This document shows, piece after piece, positions 37,741 through 51,110 of a DNA stretch of 64,000 nt. Each line of letters opens with the position of its first letter. Within the stretch, counting starts at the first letter, position 1. The stretch covers positions 3,472,001 to 3,536,000 of the forward strand of contig NC_086097.1 of assembly GCF_963921235.1 (NCBI RefSeq), in the 5' to 3' direction. The position numbers and the translations under genes are program-made. The notes below the pieces were generated by a model, which saw only the letters and a program-made list of their open reading frames with translations, was not told where the DNA came from and searched no databases. Source of the DNA: Mobula hypostoma. Lineage: Eukaryota.

Positions 37741-39294
37741 TTGTGAATTTGGTCCTGCCTTCATGTAGATGAATATTGCTACATTTATTCAAGTAAATAT
37801 GTTTATTTGTCTTCTGCAATAGACAGTTTCATTTTTCACTTTAAAACTAAATGTCTATCTTCAGTTTCATTATCATTAATACTTAATTACATCTATCAGC
37901 ATATATGCTCATCTTGCTTTGCTCCAGTGAATAATTAGAAATTCTAACGAAATTCTGATTAACTGTGCTGACTAGCTTCCAAAGATATACAGGGTTGACA
38001 TTGTAAATAGTTTCAGTTCTCTAACTGTTTCTCTAATGTGAGTATCACTGTTTTTAACTACTTGAGGCCATTTTCCCAGCTTGTTAACAGGCAGGAGTCC
38101 AACAGAAATCTGTACGTTCCCAAATAACTTTTGTAGATCTCATTAACTTCTGTACAAATTCCCAAAGTAAGCATTGCTATAATGACTCCATGTAATTGTC
38201 ATGGAGAAGCGAGAGGAGATGCTTACATCTCTAAGAAACATTATCTCTACAACCGAAGAACCAATGGGGAAAAATTCTGGGGTGTTTAGTGAAACTAATT
38301 TAATTCACTTACCACCCAGATGAGAATATGTGTGGGAACTTCTTCACTCAGAGGGTGGTGAGAGTGTGGAATGAGCTGCCAGAGCAAGTGGTGGATGTGA
38401 ATTTGATTTCAACATTTAAGATAACATTTAAGAGGAATAGATAGAGTGGGCAGCCAGCACTCTTCCCCAGGGCACCACTGCTCAATACATGGCTTAAAGT
38501 AAGGGGTGGGAAGTTCAAGGGGGATATTAGAGGAAGGTTTTTGACTCGGAGAGTGGTTGGTGCGTGGAATACACTGCCTGAGTCAGTGGTGGATGCAGAT
38601 ACACTAGTGAAGTTTAAGACACTACTAGACAGGTATATGGAGGAATTTAAGGTGGGAGCTTATATGGGAGGCAGGGTTTGAGGGCCTGTACTGTGCTGTA
38701 CTATTCTGTATTCTATGTTCTATAAATCTGGATATGTACAGGGATGTGAAGGGTATGGGACTAGGCTGAATGATGGTTTGGCATGGGCTAGATGGGCTGA
38801 ATGGTCTGTAATGTTCTATGACTCTCTAACAGTGAAAATCTGAGAAGAGCAATCACCCTATTTATGTAAGGATGCAACTCTTTCAGTATTATTGTCATTT
38901 TACTTGCCTGTGGTCAGTTGCATTAATTATATCCAAGCAGTAATGACAGCAAAAATAAAGCTCGATCAGATGTTGCAGTTTGAAGGCAATGCGAACATTG
39001 CAGACAAGGCACAACCAGAACATCTTCAAAAGGCAATGCTTCAAAACAGGCACCATATATTATTAAGGATGTCCATCACCCAGCATGTGCCCTCTTTTCA
39101 TTATTACCATCAAGGTGGAGGTGCAGGAGTGTGAAGACACACACTCAACATTTCAGGAACAGCTTCTTCCCCTCTGCCATCAGATTAATGAATGGACTGT
39201 GAACCTCACTATTTTCTTTTCTTTTGCTGTCTTGTTGCACTACGCATTTAATTTAATTTTGCACCACTTATTTCACAGTTGAGCTTACAACTTC

Positions 39295-40725
39295 CTGGAG
39301 GCATTAGTAGTAATCTTTCAAGAATCACTAGATTGTGAAATTGTTCCAGAGGGCTGGAAATTTGCAAAATGTCACCCCACTCTCTAAGAAGGGAGGGAGG
39401 CAGAGGAAAGGAATTGATAGGCCACTTAGCCTGACTTCAGAGATTGGGAAGATGTTGGAATCTATTATTAAAAATGAGGTTTCAGGGTACTTGGAGGCAC
39501 ATAACAAAATAGGCCAAAGTCAGCATGGTTTCCTTAAGGGGAAATCTTGCCTGACAAAGCTGTTGGAATTCTTTGAGGAAATAACAGGAAGGATAGACAA
39601 AGGAGAGTCAGTGGATGTTGTTTACCAGGATTTTCAGAATGCCTTTGGCAGGGTGTCACACATGAGGCTGCTTAACAAGATAAGAACCCCTGGTATTACA
39701 GGGAAGGTACTATCATGGGCAGCACATTGTTCGACTGGCAGGAGGAATACAGGGAGCCCTTTCTCATTGGCTGCCAGTGACTAGTGTGGTTCCATAGGGG
39801 TCAGTATTGGGGCTGCTTCTTTTCACGTTATATGTAAACAATTTGGGTGACAGAAGTGATGGCTTTGTAGCCAAGCTTGCAGATGATACAAAGATAGGTG
39901 GAGGGGCGGGTAGTGTTGAGGAAGTGGGGAGGCTGCAAAAGGACTGGCAGATTGGGAGAATGGGGAAAGTGGCAGATGGAATATAGCACAGGAGGTGTAT
40001 GGTCATGCATTTTGGTAGAAGGAATAAAGGAATGGACTATTATCTAAATGGAGAAAATTCAAAAACCAGAGATTCAAAGGGACTTGGAGTCCTTGTGCAG
40101 TGATTCCCTAAAGGTTAACTTGCAGGTTGAGTTGGTGGTGAGGAAGGCAAATGCAATGTTAGCATTTATTTCGAGAAGTCCAGAATGTAAGAGCAAGGAT
40201 GTAATGCTGAGGCTTTATAAAACATTGTCAGACCACACTTCGAGTAATGTAAGCAGATTTGGGCCAACCTATCTAAAAAATGATTAACATACGAGGAGTA
40301 TTTGATAGCTCTGGGCTTGTATTGCTGCAGTTTAGAAGAGTGGGGGGATTTCATTAAAACCTATTGAATATCGAAAGGCTTAGGCAGGGTGCACATGGAG
40401 AGGATGTTTCCTCTAGTGGGAGACTCTAGGACCAGAGGGCACAGCCTCAGAATAGAGAGACATCCATTTGGAACATAGATGAGAAGGGATTTATTTAGCC
40501 AGAGAGCGGTAATCTGTGGAACTCCTTGCCATAGAATGCTGTTAATGCCAAACCATTGTGTATATTTAAAGCAGAGGTGGATGGGTTCTTGACTAGTCAG
40601 GGTGTCAAAGGTTACAGAGAGAAGGGAGGAGAATGGAGTTCAGAGGGATAATAAATCAACCATGATGGAATGGCGGAGCAGACTTAATGGGCTGAGTGGC
40701 CTAATTCTACTCCAATGTATTATGA
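39295..40725 (+). mobile_element. CR1 LINE RT and 3' end, decayed
   Basis: SQHGFLKGKSCLT, DFQNAF (ORF 39335-39784), AKLADDTK, 3' UTR. Other plus-strand CR1 pieces ~36030-36545, 38335-38830, 51900-52345. Confidence 0.9.
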
Positions 40726-41519
40726 TGTTATAAATATTGCTTGTTATTATCTTACACAAGACAGTGCATTTGTGGAAAATATCATCTGGCAAGACCCTTC
40801 CCTTAATTTGTTTAAGGATAGTTTTTATTTTTTTTTATTTATTTACAGATACAGCAGAGTAATGCCTCCTTCTGTGCCACCCAGCAGCACCCATGTGACC
40901 AACTTCCAGAGGAAACCAACACGGTCACGGGGAGAATGTATAAATTCCTTATCGATAGCGGCTGGATCTAAAAAGAAAATTACAATTATTCAAGAAGACA
41001 TAGCAGAGGCTTTCTTAATTTGACTCAAGCTGCTGGAACTTAATAAGATTTGCTCTATTATGCAAGTCTTCCAGGAAATCAGACTGAATGTAAAACAGTT
41101 AGCTCAATCTTGTAGAAGTCCTTATAGAGAATCATAGCTACTAGTGAAGGAAGACCAGGAACACAGGAGTCCCCTGTGGCTATATCCTCTCTAACTCGTA
41201 TAAAAAATTGTATTCTGGTATCTAATTACTATAAAGAGTTGGAAACTCAGGGAGCTCCATCAAGGGTACTAGCCTCCCCAGCATTGAGGACATCTACTAA
41301 AGGCAATGCCTCAAAAAGGTGGCATCAGTCATTAAGGACCCCATCTATCAGGACAAGCCCTCTTCTCATTGCTATGATCAAGGAGGTGGTACAGGAGCCT
41401 GAGGCCACACACTGAATGTTTCAGAACAGCATAATAATAGACAAACACCTAATTCACAGTTGGAGACCTCTTCCCAGAAATGGAGGGGTTCCCTGTGGCA
41501 AGATAGGACCAGGTGGTAT

Positions 41520-42340
41520 TTGAGCTATGCCTAGCCACACAGCCATGAATGTAGAGCAAGTAGAGCAGTGGGTTAAGCACACATCCCTGAGTGCACCTGT
41601 GTTGATTGTCAGTGAGGTGGAGATGTTATTTCCAATCTGCTCATATTGTGGTCAAGGAAGTCAGGGATCCATTTGCAGAGGGAGGTACAGAGGCCCAGGT
41701 TCTGGAGCTTTTCAATCAGAATTGTAGGAATGATGGTGTTAAACGCTGAGCTATAGTTGATAAACAGCATCCTGACATTGGTACAGTATTTGTATTGTCC
41801 AAGTGATCCAAGATACCATAGAGAGCCAGTCAGATTGCATCTGCTGTAGACCTATTGTGACAATAGGCAAATTGGAGTGGGTGTAGGTCCTTGCTGAAAC
41901 AGGAGTTGATTCTAGCTATAACAAACTTTTCAAAGTACTTCATCACCATAGATCTGAGAACAACTGGATGATAGTCATTAAGACAGCTCACCCTGCTCCT
42001 CTTGGCCGCTGGTATAATTGTTGCCCTTTTGAAGCCGGTGGGGACTTCCAACTGTCGCAGTGAGAGATTGAGAATGGCTTTGAACACACCCACCAGCTGA
42101 TTTGCACGGGTTTTCAGAGCCTTCCCAGCTCCATGGTGGCCTGTTGCCTTGCTCGGGTCCACCAACCTGAAAGACAGCCTGATGTCAGCCTCTGAGATGG
42201 ACCCCACGGTCACGGGGTGTCACAGGGATACACATAACTGTAACTGTAGTTTTATTGCCCCTTTCAAAGCGAGCATAAAAGGAGTTGAGCTCGTGTGGAA
42301 GTGAAGCATCCCTGCCTCTTATGATGTTGTGGGAAGTAAT
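41520..42340 (-). mobile_element. Rex1/Babar-type LINE RT fragment
   Basis: ORF 41830-42213: CLNDYHPVVL...[19 protein letters not shown]. Confidence 0.8.
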
Positions 42341-42895
42341 GACCTGTAGTTTGAGGTTTGTCAATAGATTACTTTGAAAGGCCTGTAAAAAGCACATTGC
42401 AGGAATCTAGTCTATTCAAAATAAAGGTGTGAATTAGTTTAAATTTGAAAGAGCACGGACAGAGGTCAAAACAAGTGAGTCCAGTCAGCAGGACAGACAG
42501 GGGCAAGGTGCGGCGGTCTCATCAGCTGAACTGAACTTACTTTAATGCAAGAAGTCTCACAAGGAAGCCGATAAACTCAGTGTGTGGATTGGGACTTGGA
42601 ATTGTGAAATTATAATTATTACGGCAGCAAACTTGAGGGATGTGCAGGATTGGTCGTTTAACATCCTGGGTGTCAGTGTTTCCTGAGGTATGAAAGGAGG
42701 AGGAGTTGCACTTTTCGACCACCAGGCAGAATTAGGCCACCTTCTGTGATTCTTATAGTGAAATAATCTAGTGTCCTTTATTTTTACAGGCAGGGTACCA
42801 TATCATTAAAATTTCATTTTAGAACCAAGTTAATAGTGTTTTCAGACAATTTATTTACATTTGAAAACAAGCAATTCAGACAGAATAATCAGGAT

Positions 42896-43048
42896 CACTA
42901 AGTCTTTCTTCAGTTAGTCCTGACGAAGGGTCTCGGCCTGAAACGTCGACTGTACCTCTTCCTAGAGATGCTGCCTGGCCTGCTGCGTTCACCAGCAACT
43001 TTGATGTGTGTTGCTTGAATTTCCAGCATCTGCAGAATTCCTGTTGTT
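42896..43048 (+). mobile_element. Short Penelope-derived insert with intact hammerhead motif
   Basis: Begins with the same cttcagttagtcctga text that ends the Penelope element at 22228-22257; 14-bp TSD agaataatcaggat (42882-42895) / agagtaatcaggat (43049-43062). Confidence 0.88.
42916..42951 (+). ncRNA. Minimal type I hammerhead ribozyme motif
   Basis: AGUC-CUGACGA-AGG(GUCUCGG)CCU-GAAA-CG-UC^GACU: stem I AGUC/GACU, complete catalytic core, stem II, palindromic ACGU replacing stem III, GUC cleavage triplet at 42945-42947. Confidence 0.8.
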
Positions 43049-44206
43049 AGAGTAATCAGGATAATGCTTAACCAAAGCTGAATGACTGTATTTTTGGGTG
43101 ACACTACTACAGCTCCGGACATCCCAGAGTTCAGACTCCATTCTGTAAGGAGTCTCTGTAAGTCCTTCCCGTGGAAGCTGTGGGGTTTCTCCAGAGTGCT
43201 CCAGTTTCCTCGCACAGTCCAAAGACTTGCTGGCACATTAATAGGTCATTGTAAATCGTCCTGTGATTAGGTTAGGGTTAATCGGGCTTGTTGGCGGTAA
43301 ATCTAAGTAAATAAAACCAATTACAAGTCAGTGCAGTACAGTGAGACACGGAGTGCAGTTATTAACCCAGATGCAAAACACTTCAAGGTTTTCTGAAACC
43401 TGCTTTTATACTACTGTAGTATTTGTCTTGAAAACATTTTCCCAATTCTCTGAAGTAGACTTGTTCAACATTACAAAATATTTACAACTTCAAAACTTAT
43501 TTAACATTTTAAGCAAAATGCTTTGTTATTTTTTGTTCTGTGGACCTATCCTTCTCTCCTGACAGCAGTGAAGGCTGACGAGAAAGGTCAGAAATGTCTG
43601 AAATATCTATGATGGTAACTGTTATGTAAATGCATTGTTAAATCTCCATGTTTTCAAGAAGCTGTGATGGACAGCTCTCTTGTTGCAAGCAGAAAGAAGG
43701 AGGAGTTTTCATGCCTCTTTCCCATGCTGCTGGTCTCAGATTTACATTTCAGCTGCCAGTGCCTTAGAGCAACACACACACAAAATGCTGGAGAAACTCA
43801 GCAGGTCAGACAGCATCTATGCAAATGAAAAGCAGTGACGTCTGGAGCCAAGATCCTTCATCAAGACTGGAAAGGAAAGAGGAAGATGCCAGAATTCATT
43901 TCTATAGATGTTGCCTGACCTGCTGAGTTCCCCCAGCATTTTGCATGTGTTGATCTGGATTTCCAGTATCTGCAGAATCTCCTGTGTTTACAATGTCTTA
44001 AGATCTTCAAGGCACTAAAATTCTTCACCTCTAAACTTCTTTCTCCTTCTTAAAGTCCACATACTTGCCCAGGAATTTCAAAAGTTTAAAGTTCAAGGTA
44101 TATTAATTATCAAAGTATGGATATCTCCATATCCAACCTTGAGATTTATTTTTTTTTACAGGTATTCATAGTAGAACAAAGAAATATAATCAAATCAATG
44201 AAACAC

Positions 44207-44255
<49 letters not shown>
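44207..44255. repeat. (CA)n microsatellite
   Basis: Read directly. Confidence 0.98.
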
Positions 44256-44261
<6 letters not shown>

Positions 44262-45589
44262 GGACAAACAACCAAAGAAGAAACTATGCAATTAAATAAA
44301 TAAATCCTACTGGGAACACAGGTTGTAGAGATCTTGAAAGTGAATCCGTGACTTGTGGAAGCATTTGAGAGGTAGGATGAGTGAAGTTATGCATGATGGT
44401 TCAGGAGCCTAACACTGCCTAAATAACATTAAATGTGAAAGTGGCTACACAGGTTGATAGGGTGGTTAAGAACCTATGCTTACCTTATTAGTCGAAGCAT
44501 TGAGTTCAAAAGTCAGGAAGTTACGTTGCAACTTTATAAAACTCTAGTTAGGCTGCATCTGGAGTATTGCATACAATCTGGTCACCCCATTATAGGAAGA
44601 ATGCCAAGGGTTTTGAGAAGTTGCAGAAGAGTTTTATCAAGATGCTGCCTGAATTAGAGGGCATGTGCTATAACGAGAGGCTGGACAAACTTAGGTTGTT
44701 TTCTCTGGACTGGTTGAGACTGAGGAGAGATCTGATAAAGGTTTATAAGATTATGAGAGGCATAGATATGGTAGACAGACAGTTCTTAAAACCAGAGTTG
44801 AAATGTCTAATAGCAGAGGGCATGCATTTAAGGTGAGAGGAAGCAATTTGAAAGGAGATGTGAGGGACAAGTTTTTTTTACAGAAACTGGTGGGTGCCTG
44901 GAATGTGCTGCCTGGGGTGGTGGTAGATGCAGATACATTAGAGAGATTTAAGAGATGTTTAGATAGGCACATGAATGTGAGGAAAATGGAGGATGTGGAC
45001 ATTGTGTAGGCAAAAGAGATGAGTTTATTTAGTCATTTGATTACTAAATTTAATTGATTCAGCACAACATTGTGGGCTCAAGGGCCTGTTCCTGGTCTAT
45101 AAAGTTCTATGTTCTAAATATTTCCTCACATAGCTAGGTATTGATTTTCACTTGAGAACACCAAACACTCTACAATGCTTTACTAAATTAAGCATACCAA
45201 TTGTTATTGGATATCACTGTCAGTTCTAAGGGCAAGTCTGCTTTGTGTATTTTGAATATAGAATTTAGGCAGAGGAAGGAAAGCAAAGCTGACAAAAATG
45301 GTGTTTGAATACAAGGGTGTTCACCTGGCCTCACCTACCAACTTCTAGCTTTCCTTCTTCCCTCCCCCTGTGTCTTTTCTACTCTGGCAATTTCCCCCTT
45401 CCTCTCCATTTCTGAAGAAAGGTTTCAGCCTGAAATATCAACTGTTTAGACATTTCCGTAGATTCTGCCTGAGCTTCTGAGTTCCTCTGGCATTTTGTGT
45501 GTGTCGTTGAGAAGACTTTTGGTGTTACTCTATTTGGCTGAGGTATGAACCTCAGAATCAGAATCAAGTTTAATATCATAAGACCATAA

Positions 45590-47270
45590 GTACTTAGAAA
45601 CAGTCTTCACTAGCAGTATGGTGGAAGTTCCAGGCGCCAGGGAGCATGAAGTGTGTTCAGGTTCTTGGGAAATTGAAAGATCTGAAGGTAGATAAATCAC
45701 CTGGACCAGATGGTGTACACCCCAGAGTTCTAAAGAGGTGGCTGAAGAGATCATGGAGGCACTCGTAATGATCTTTCAAGAATCAGGAGAATAGTTCCAG
45801 AATACCGGAAAATCACAAATTTCACTCCACGCTTCAAGAAGGCAGAGAGGCAGAAGAAAGGAAATTATAGGCCAATTAGTTTGACCTCAGTGGTTGGGAA
45901 GATGTTGGTATCGATTGTTAAGGATGAGGACTCAGGGTACTTGGAAGCCATGATAAAATAGGCTGATTGGCATGAAGGAAGCCTTTTCTGGCTGGCTCCT
46001 GGTGGCTGGTGGTGTTCCACAGAGGTCTGTGTTGGGGCCGATTCTTCACAAACAGAAGAAAATCTGCAGATGCTGGACATTCAAGCAACACACACAAAAT
46101 GCTGGAGGAACTCAGCAGGCCAGGCAGCATCTATGGAAAAGAGTACAGACAACGTTTCATGCCGAGACCCTTTGTCAAGACTACGGGGCTATTTCCTGCT
46201 GAAGGGTCTCAGCCCAAAATGTCAACTGTATTCTTTTCCATAGATGCTGCCTGGCCTGCTGAATTCCTCCAGCATTTTGTGTGTGTTGCTGGGACCAATT
46301 CTTTTTACATTATATGTCAATGATTTGGATGATGGAATTGATGGCTTTGTTGCAAAGTTTGCAGATATGAAGATAGTGGTGGGGCTGGTAATTTTGAGGA
46401 AGTAGAGAGGCTACAAAAGGACTTAGATTAGGAGAATGGGCAAAGAAGTGGCAGATGGAATACAGTGTCAGAAATTGTATGGTCATGCACTTCGAAGAAA
46501 TGAAAGGGTTGACAATTTTCTAAATGGAGAGAAAATACAAAAAAAACCTGACATACAAAAGGACTTTGGAGACCTCGTGCAGGATTCCCTAAAGGTTAAT
46601 TTGCAGGGTGAGCCTGTGGTGAGCAAAGCAAATGTGACGTTCGCATTAATTTTAAGAGGATTAAAATATAAAAGCAAGGATGTAATGTACTGGTGAGGCC
46701 TCATTTATAAAGCACTGGTGAGGCCTCACTTGGAGTATCGTGATCAGTTTTGGTCCCCTTAGAAAGGATGTGCTGAAACTGGAGAGGGTTCAAAGGAGGT
46801 TCATGAAAATGATTTCAGGCTTGTCATATGAAGAATGTTTGATAGCTCTGGGCCTGTATTCACTAGAATTCAGAAGAATGAGGGGTGAACTCATGGAAAC
46901 CTATTGAATAGTGAAAGGCCTTGATAGGGTGGATGTGGTGAGGATGTTTCCTATGGTGGGAGAGTCTAAGACCAGGGGACACAGCCTCAGAGTAGAGAGG
47001 TGCCCTTTAAGAATAGATATGCGGAGGAATTTCTTTAGCCAGAGAGTGGTGAATCTGTGGAATTCTTTGCCACAGGCAGCTGTGGAGGCCAAATCTTTAT
47101 GTATATTTAAGGAAGAGGTTGATAGATTCTTGATTGATCAGGGCATGAAGGGATAGGAGGAGAAGGCAGGAGATTGGGGCTGAGAGGAAAATTGGATCAG
47201 CCATGATGAAAGGACGGAGCAGACTCAATGGGCCAAATGGCCTAATTCTGCTCTTATATCATATGGTCCT
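45590..47270 (+). mobile_element. CR1 LINE RT and 3' end, interrupted by a fold-back Penelope insert (46048-46290)
   Basis: KSPGPDG, NYRPISLTS, GVPQ.SVLGP and the CR1 C-terminal domain (ORF 46911-47156). Confidence 0.88.
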
Positions 47271-47494
47271 GTGGTGTTGATGCAAATTGGGTTACAGATG
47301 AGGTTGCTAAACTGGGCATCTACAATTTTCGTCATTAGATTATGACTGAGTGGCTATAAGTGGGATCAGGTTTGATCTTGGGCCGGTATAAAGGCTAAAT
47401 ACTTTGAGAAGGGGTAAGGGATCAAAAAGAAGTGTGTGCAATATAGATCAGGGGTAATAATACAGTTGTACAAAAATACAGTTGTTATATGCAC

Positions 47495-47735
47495 AATCTC
47501 TCCCATCTCAGCCACTCCTCCAGAGTTGTCATAGGTCCCTTGGTGGCCTCCCTCACTAGTCCCCTTCTTGCACAGTCACTCAGTTTTTGAGGATGGCCTG
47601 CTCGAGGCAGATTTACATCTATGATATATTCTTTCCATTCCTTGATGATTGACTTAACTGTACTCCAAGGGATATTTAGTGACCTGGAAATTTTCTTGTG
47701 TCCATCTCCCAACTTGTGCTTTTCAATAACTTTAC
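47495..47735 (-). mobile_element. Tc1-like transposase N-terminal (HTH) fragment
   Basis: ORF 47485-47712: GHKKISRSLNIPWSTVKSIIKEWKEY...LPRAGHPQKLS..ARRGLVREATK.P. Confidence 0.85.
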
Positions 47736-49659
47736 TTTATAACCCGGTGCTGTGAGTCTTGATGTTCCTGTACCCTCTTCCTGAAGGCAGCAGCAAGAAG
47801 AGAGCATGTCCTGGGTGGTGGAGATCCCCGATGATGGGCTCCAATGCCATCTCCAAATGTTCTGCCACCACTGTGGTTGTTGTTGTGTTACAGGTGGGTG
47901 ATGAGCCAGTACACAGGAATGAGATAGGACACCTCGTTGAGTGGTACTGTGGCAACAACCTCTTGTCCAATGTCAGTAAAACTAAGTAACTGATTGTTGA
48001 TTTCAGGAAAGGGAAGGAGAGTGAACATGTGGCATTTCATTGGTGGATCAGTGGCAGAAAGTCAGCTAAGCAACTGGCTGATGGGATAGTCTTGCAGTAT
48101 TTGGTGCTGCCCTCTGGTGTTCATTCCATGAAAGAACAAGCTGGACCAGGACAATCTAAAGTCATGCCACGCAGGCACCTGGGCTATATATATTTTCTTT
48201 CTGCCTTCACATTTGTCTGAAATCATAGCCATACTGCTATTTGTGCTATGTGCTATTTACAGTGTGCTGTGTGCTGTTGGTGATGTGTTTTGCACCGTGA
48301 CCCTAGAGGAATACAGTTATGTTTGGTTACATTCATATATGGTTGAATGATAATTAAAGCTGAATTTAATGGGCGTTAACATATCTGAATATCTGTCCTA
48401 GGCCCAGCTACAGATGCAGTCATAAGGAAGGTATATTAGTAGCTCTACTTTGTTGGAAAGTTAAGGTAGTTCAGCCTGCCGGTGAACACTCTCAGAAACT
48501 TTTGCAGATGTGCTGTTGAAAGTGTTCTGCCTGGTGGCCTTGGGATCTGAAAAGGCAATAGAAATGTGGTGGATGCAATATAAATGTAGTGGATGCAATT
48601 ATTATCGTGCAGGAGGTACAGAAACCTGAAGTTCCCACCATCAGGTTCAAGTATTTTGTTTAACTATCCAGATGTTGAACTAACCTGTACACTGTCTCAG
48701 CACAGCACACTACTACCACTTCAAGCACTCTGCATTGCAATGAACTTCGTTTATCCTTTCTGGTTCAAATTGTGCTCTTTCTTGCGCTATTCTTGGATAA
48801 TTTATGTTTTTCCTTTGGACTAATGTGCCATTAAAATTATGTACATGTGATTCTATTGCGGGCAAATTTTTCATTGCCTTGATATGACAAGTAGGTCGGA
48901 AATTAAAAGCCAGCCTTTCCAACAATGGCTACAGTCTGCAATCAATCTCATCTATATCCTGACATACCAGAAGGTGTTTAACCATCATCCCTTTGCATGC
49001 TGCCTTGGCCCCAGGCCGGTAGTGTCACAGAGATAGATACTGCCACAGAGGCTGGGCCCTCTCGCAGGCGGGCAGCTGAAAGAAGATGGCAATCTCGCAC
49101 GTGAGAATGCATACATTCCAGCTAATTAGGAATTTTTGTAATCTTATTTAACTCCCTTCCTTTTGTTTCAGTCTTGATCGAAGCACAGTGATGACACTGC
49201 TCCCTGCTTTCCTTAGTGCATGTTCCGGGAAAGAAACCTAATGATTTAGATAGACACTATTAAAAGAGTGGTATTAATTTAGTTCTCAGTTGTTGCTTTC
49301 AAGCTGCAGTGATGTAGTTAATTTTTAACTAGTTTGAGAGTTTTTAGTTAGAGGTCCTGTTGGCCTAGCATTTATTATTTTCGCTTGTCTCTGTAGTTCT
49401 TTTTAAAGCTCAGTGAATTGTTTGTTCCGTGTTGGTGTCTCGCTCTCTACACTTGGACCATCACTGAACTCTTGTCACGGAGCAGCTCCATTTTAACATT
49501 TTCATCACTGATTTCAAGTTTTCCAGTTGCCTTTCTTCACCCCTACAACTACCTTCAACCTTTTACACTCCTTCCATTCTGTCTGCGGCATTCCCCAATT
49601 AGCAGTTGACAGCTTAACCAGCCAGATTCTGGAATATTCCCTTGCTCCTCCTTTAATAA

Positions 49660-50215
49660 TATGAATAATAACTTATTTATAGAGCACTTTTCGTATAGAT
49701 GATGTAGTTCAGTGTTTTACAATGGGATAAAGTGCAAACATGAAAATAAAAGACAAAAGGATATCAGTTAAAAGCAAGATAAAATAAATTGATTTTCAGC
49801 TGCTGTTTGAATGTCAATTGAGACTCCATCCTTTATACTTGTAAATATTGAGTTTCACAGCTTAGGAACATATTTCAAAAAGATGACCTTTTTTTGAGGG
49901 AGATTGTTTAAGTTCAAACCACTGGCTGAAGAAGTCCTGAGAGCTCGAGCAGGATTATACAGCAAAAATGATTTGGTGATGTACACCGGTCCCAGACCAT
50001 TGAGAGCTTTAAAAATGTAAGGGAATTTTAAAATTAATTCTAAAAGATACAGGAAGCCAATGCAGAACAGTTAGGACAGGAGTGATATACTCCCTCATCC
50101 TGGTTTTGGTTAAAGGTCTAGCAGTGGCGTTCTGAATGAGTTGAGGTTTGTCAGTAGATTGTTTACAAGGTCACTAAAATGTGCATTGCAGTGATCTAGT
50201 CTATTAGAGATAACA
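49660..50215 (-). mobile_element. L2-like LINE 3' fragment (related copy 52730-53270)
   Basis: Two diverged copies; ORF 52739-53083 has SAFLNYALKWRNSIPKTIRNADS.EAFKHQIRTYLF, an L2-type C-terminus. Confidence 0.7.
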
Positions 50216-51110
50216 AGTCCTTAAAGCCTACATCTTTGATCAAGCTGCCCTGATTGCTCTAGGATGGTTCAGCATCGTTTTGGTGAATAATGGATCTTCT
50301 ACAAGGTCATTGTGGTTACAGCTGTTATTTTTTGCTTCATAATGTACTGTTGTAAATGGTGCTGAGTAATGTTTCCTGTTCAATTAAGTTATACATCTGA
50401 TATTTAGAGTTATGTTGGAAAACAGACACCAGAGACAAAGCGTTGTGATAAATTATCTAAGATATGTCTGATTTCTTATTCTGACTGATGCTGATCCCTG
50501 AGATATATATTGGTGAATTTAACTCTGTTAGATCAATCTTCTAATACCAGCTGGGAGCAATAGTCAAATGATGACTAGAATGAGAAATGGATCTACGATA
50601 GTGTAGCACTAATTCTTTAAGCCATGGTAGCTGCTAGAGTTGCTTCTTGCTGGAAGAGAGAAACTGGTGTATATATGCATATATTTCAGCTAGGGTGAAA
50701 GGCATCACTGAATCTAAATTCCACATTGCCATCTGTATTTCAAGATTCAGGATAGTTTAATGTCATTTCCAATACACAAGCGAGAAGGAGAATAAAGTAA
50801 TTGTTACTCCAGATCTGATGCAGCACAAAAAAATAATATGATAAAGAACACAATAATAAAAACCGCAATACATATAAATACATAAGACAGCTTACATCCG
50901 TGAATTCATTGTATGTCCATGAAGTGATGCTAGGCACAGGAGTGTCTGTACATAAGGTGACTGACAGGAAATGATAAAGTAGTGGTGGTTGGGGGTGTGG
51001 AGGGGTGGGTCAGTGGGTGGAGGTGTTGATCAGCCTTGTGCTTGGGGAAAGTAACTGTTTTTGAATCTTGTCCTGGTGTGGATACTTCATAGCCTCCACC
51101 CTGATGGACT

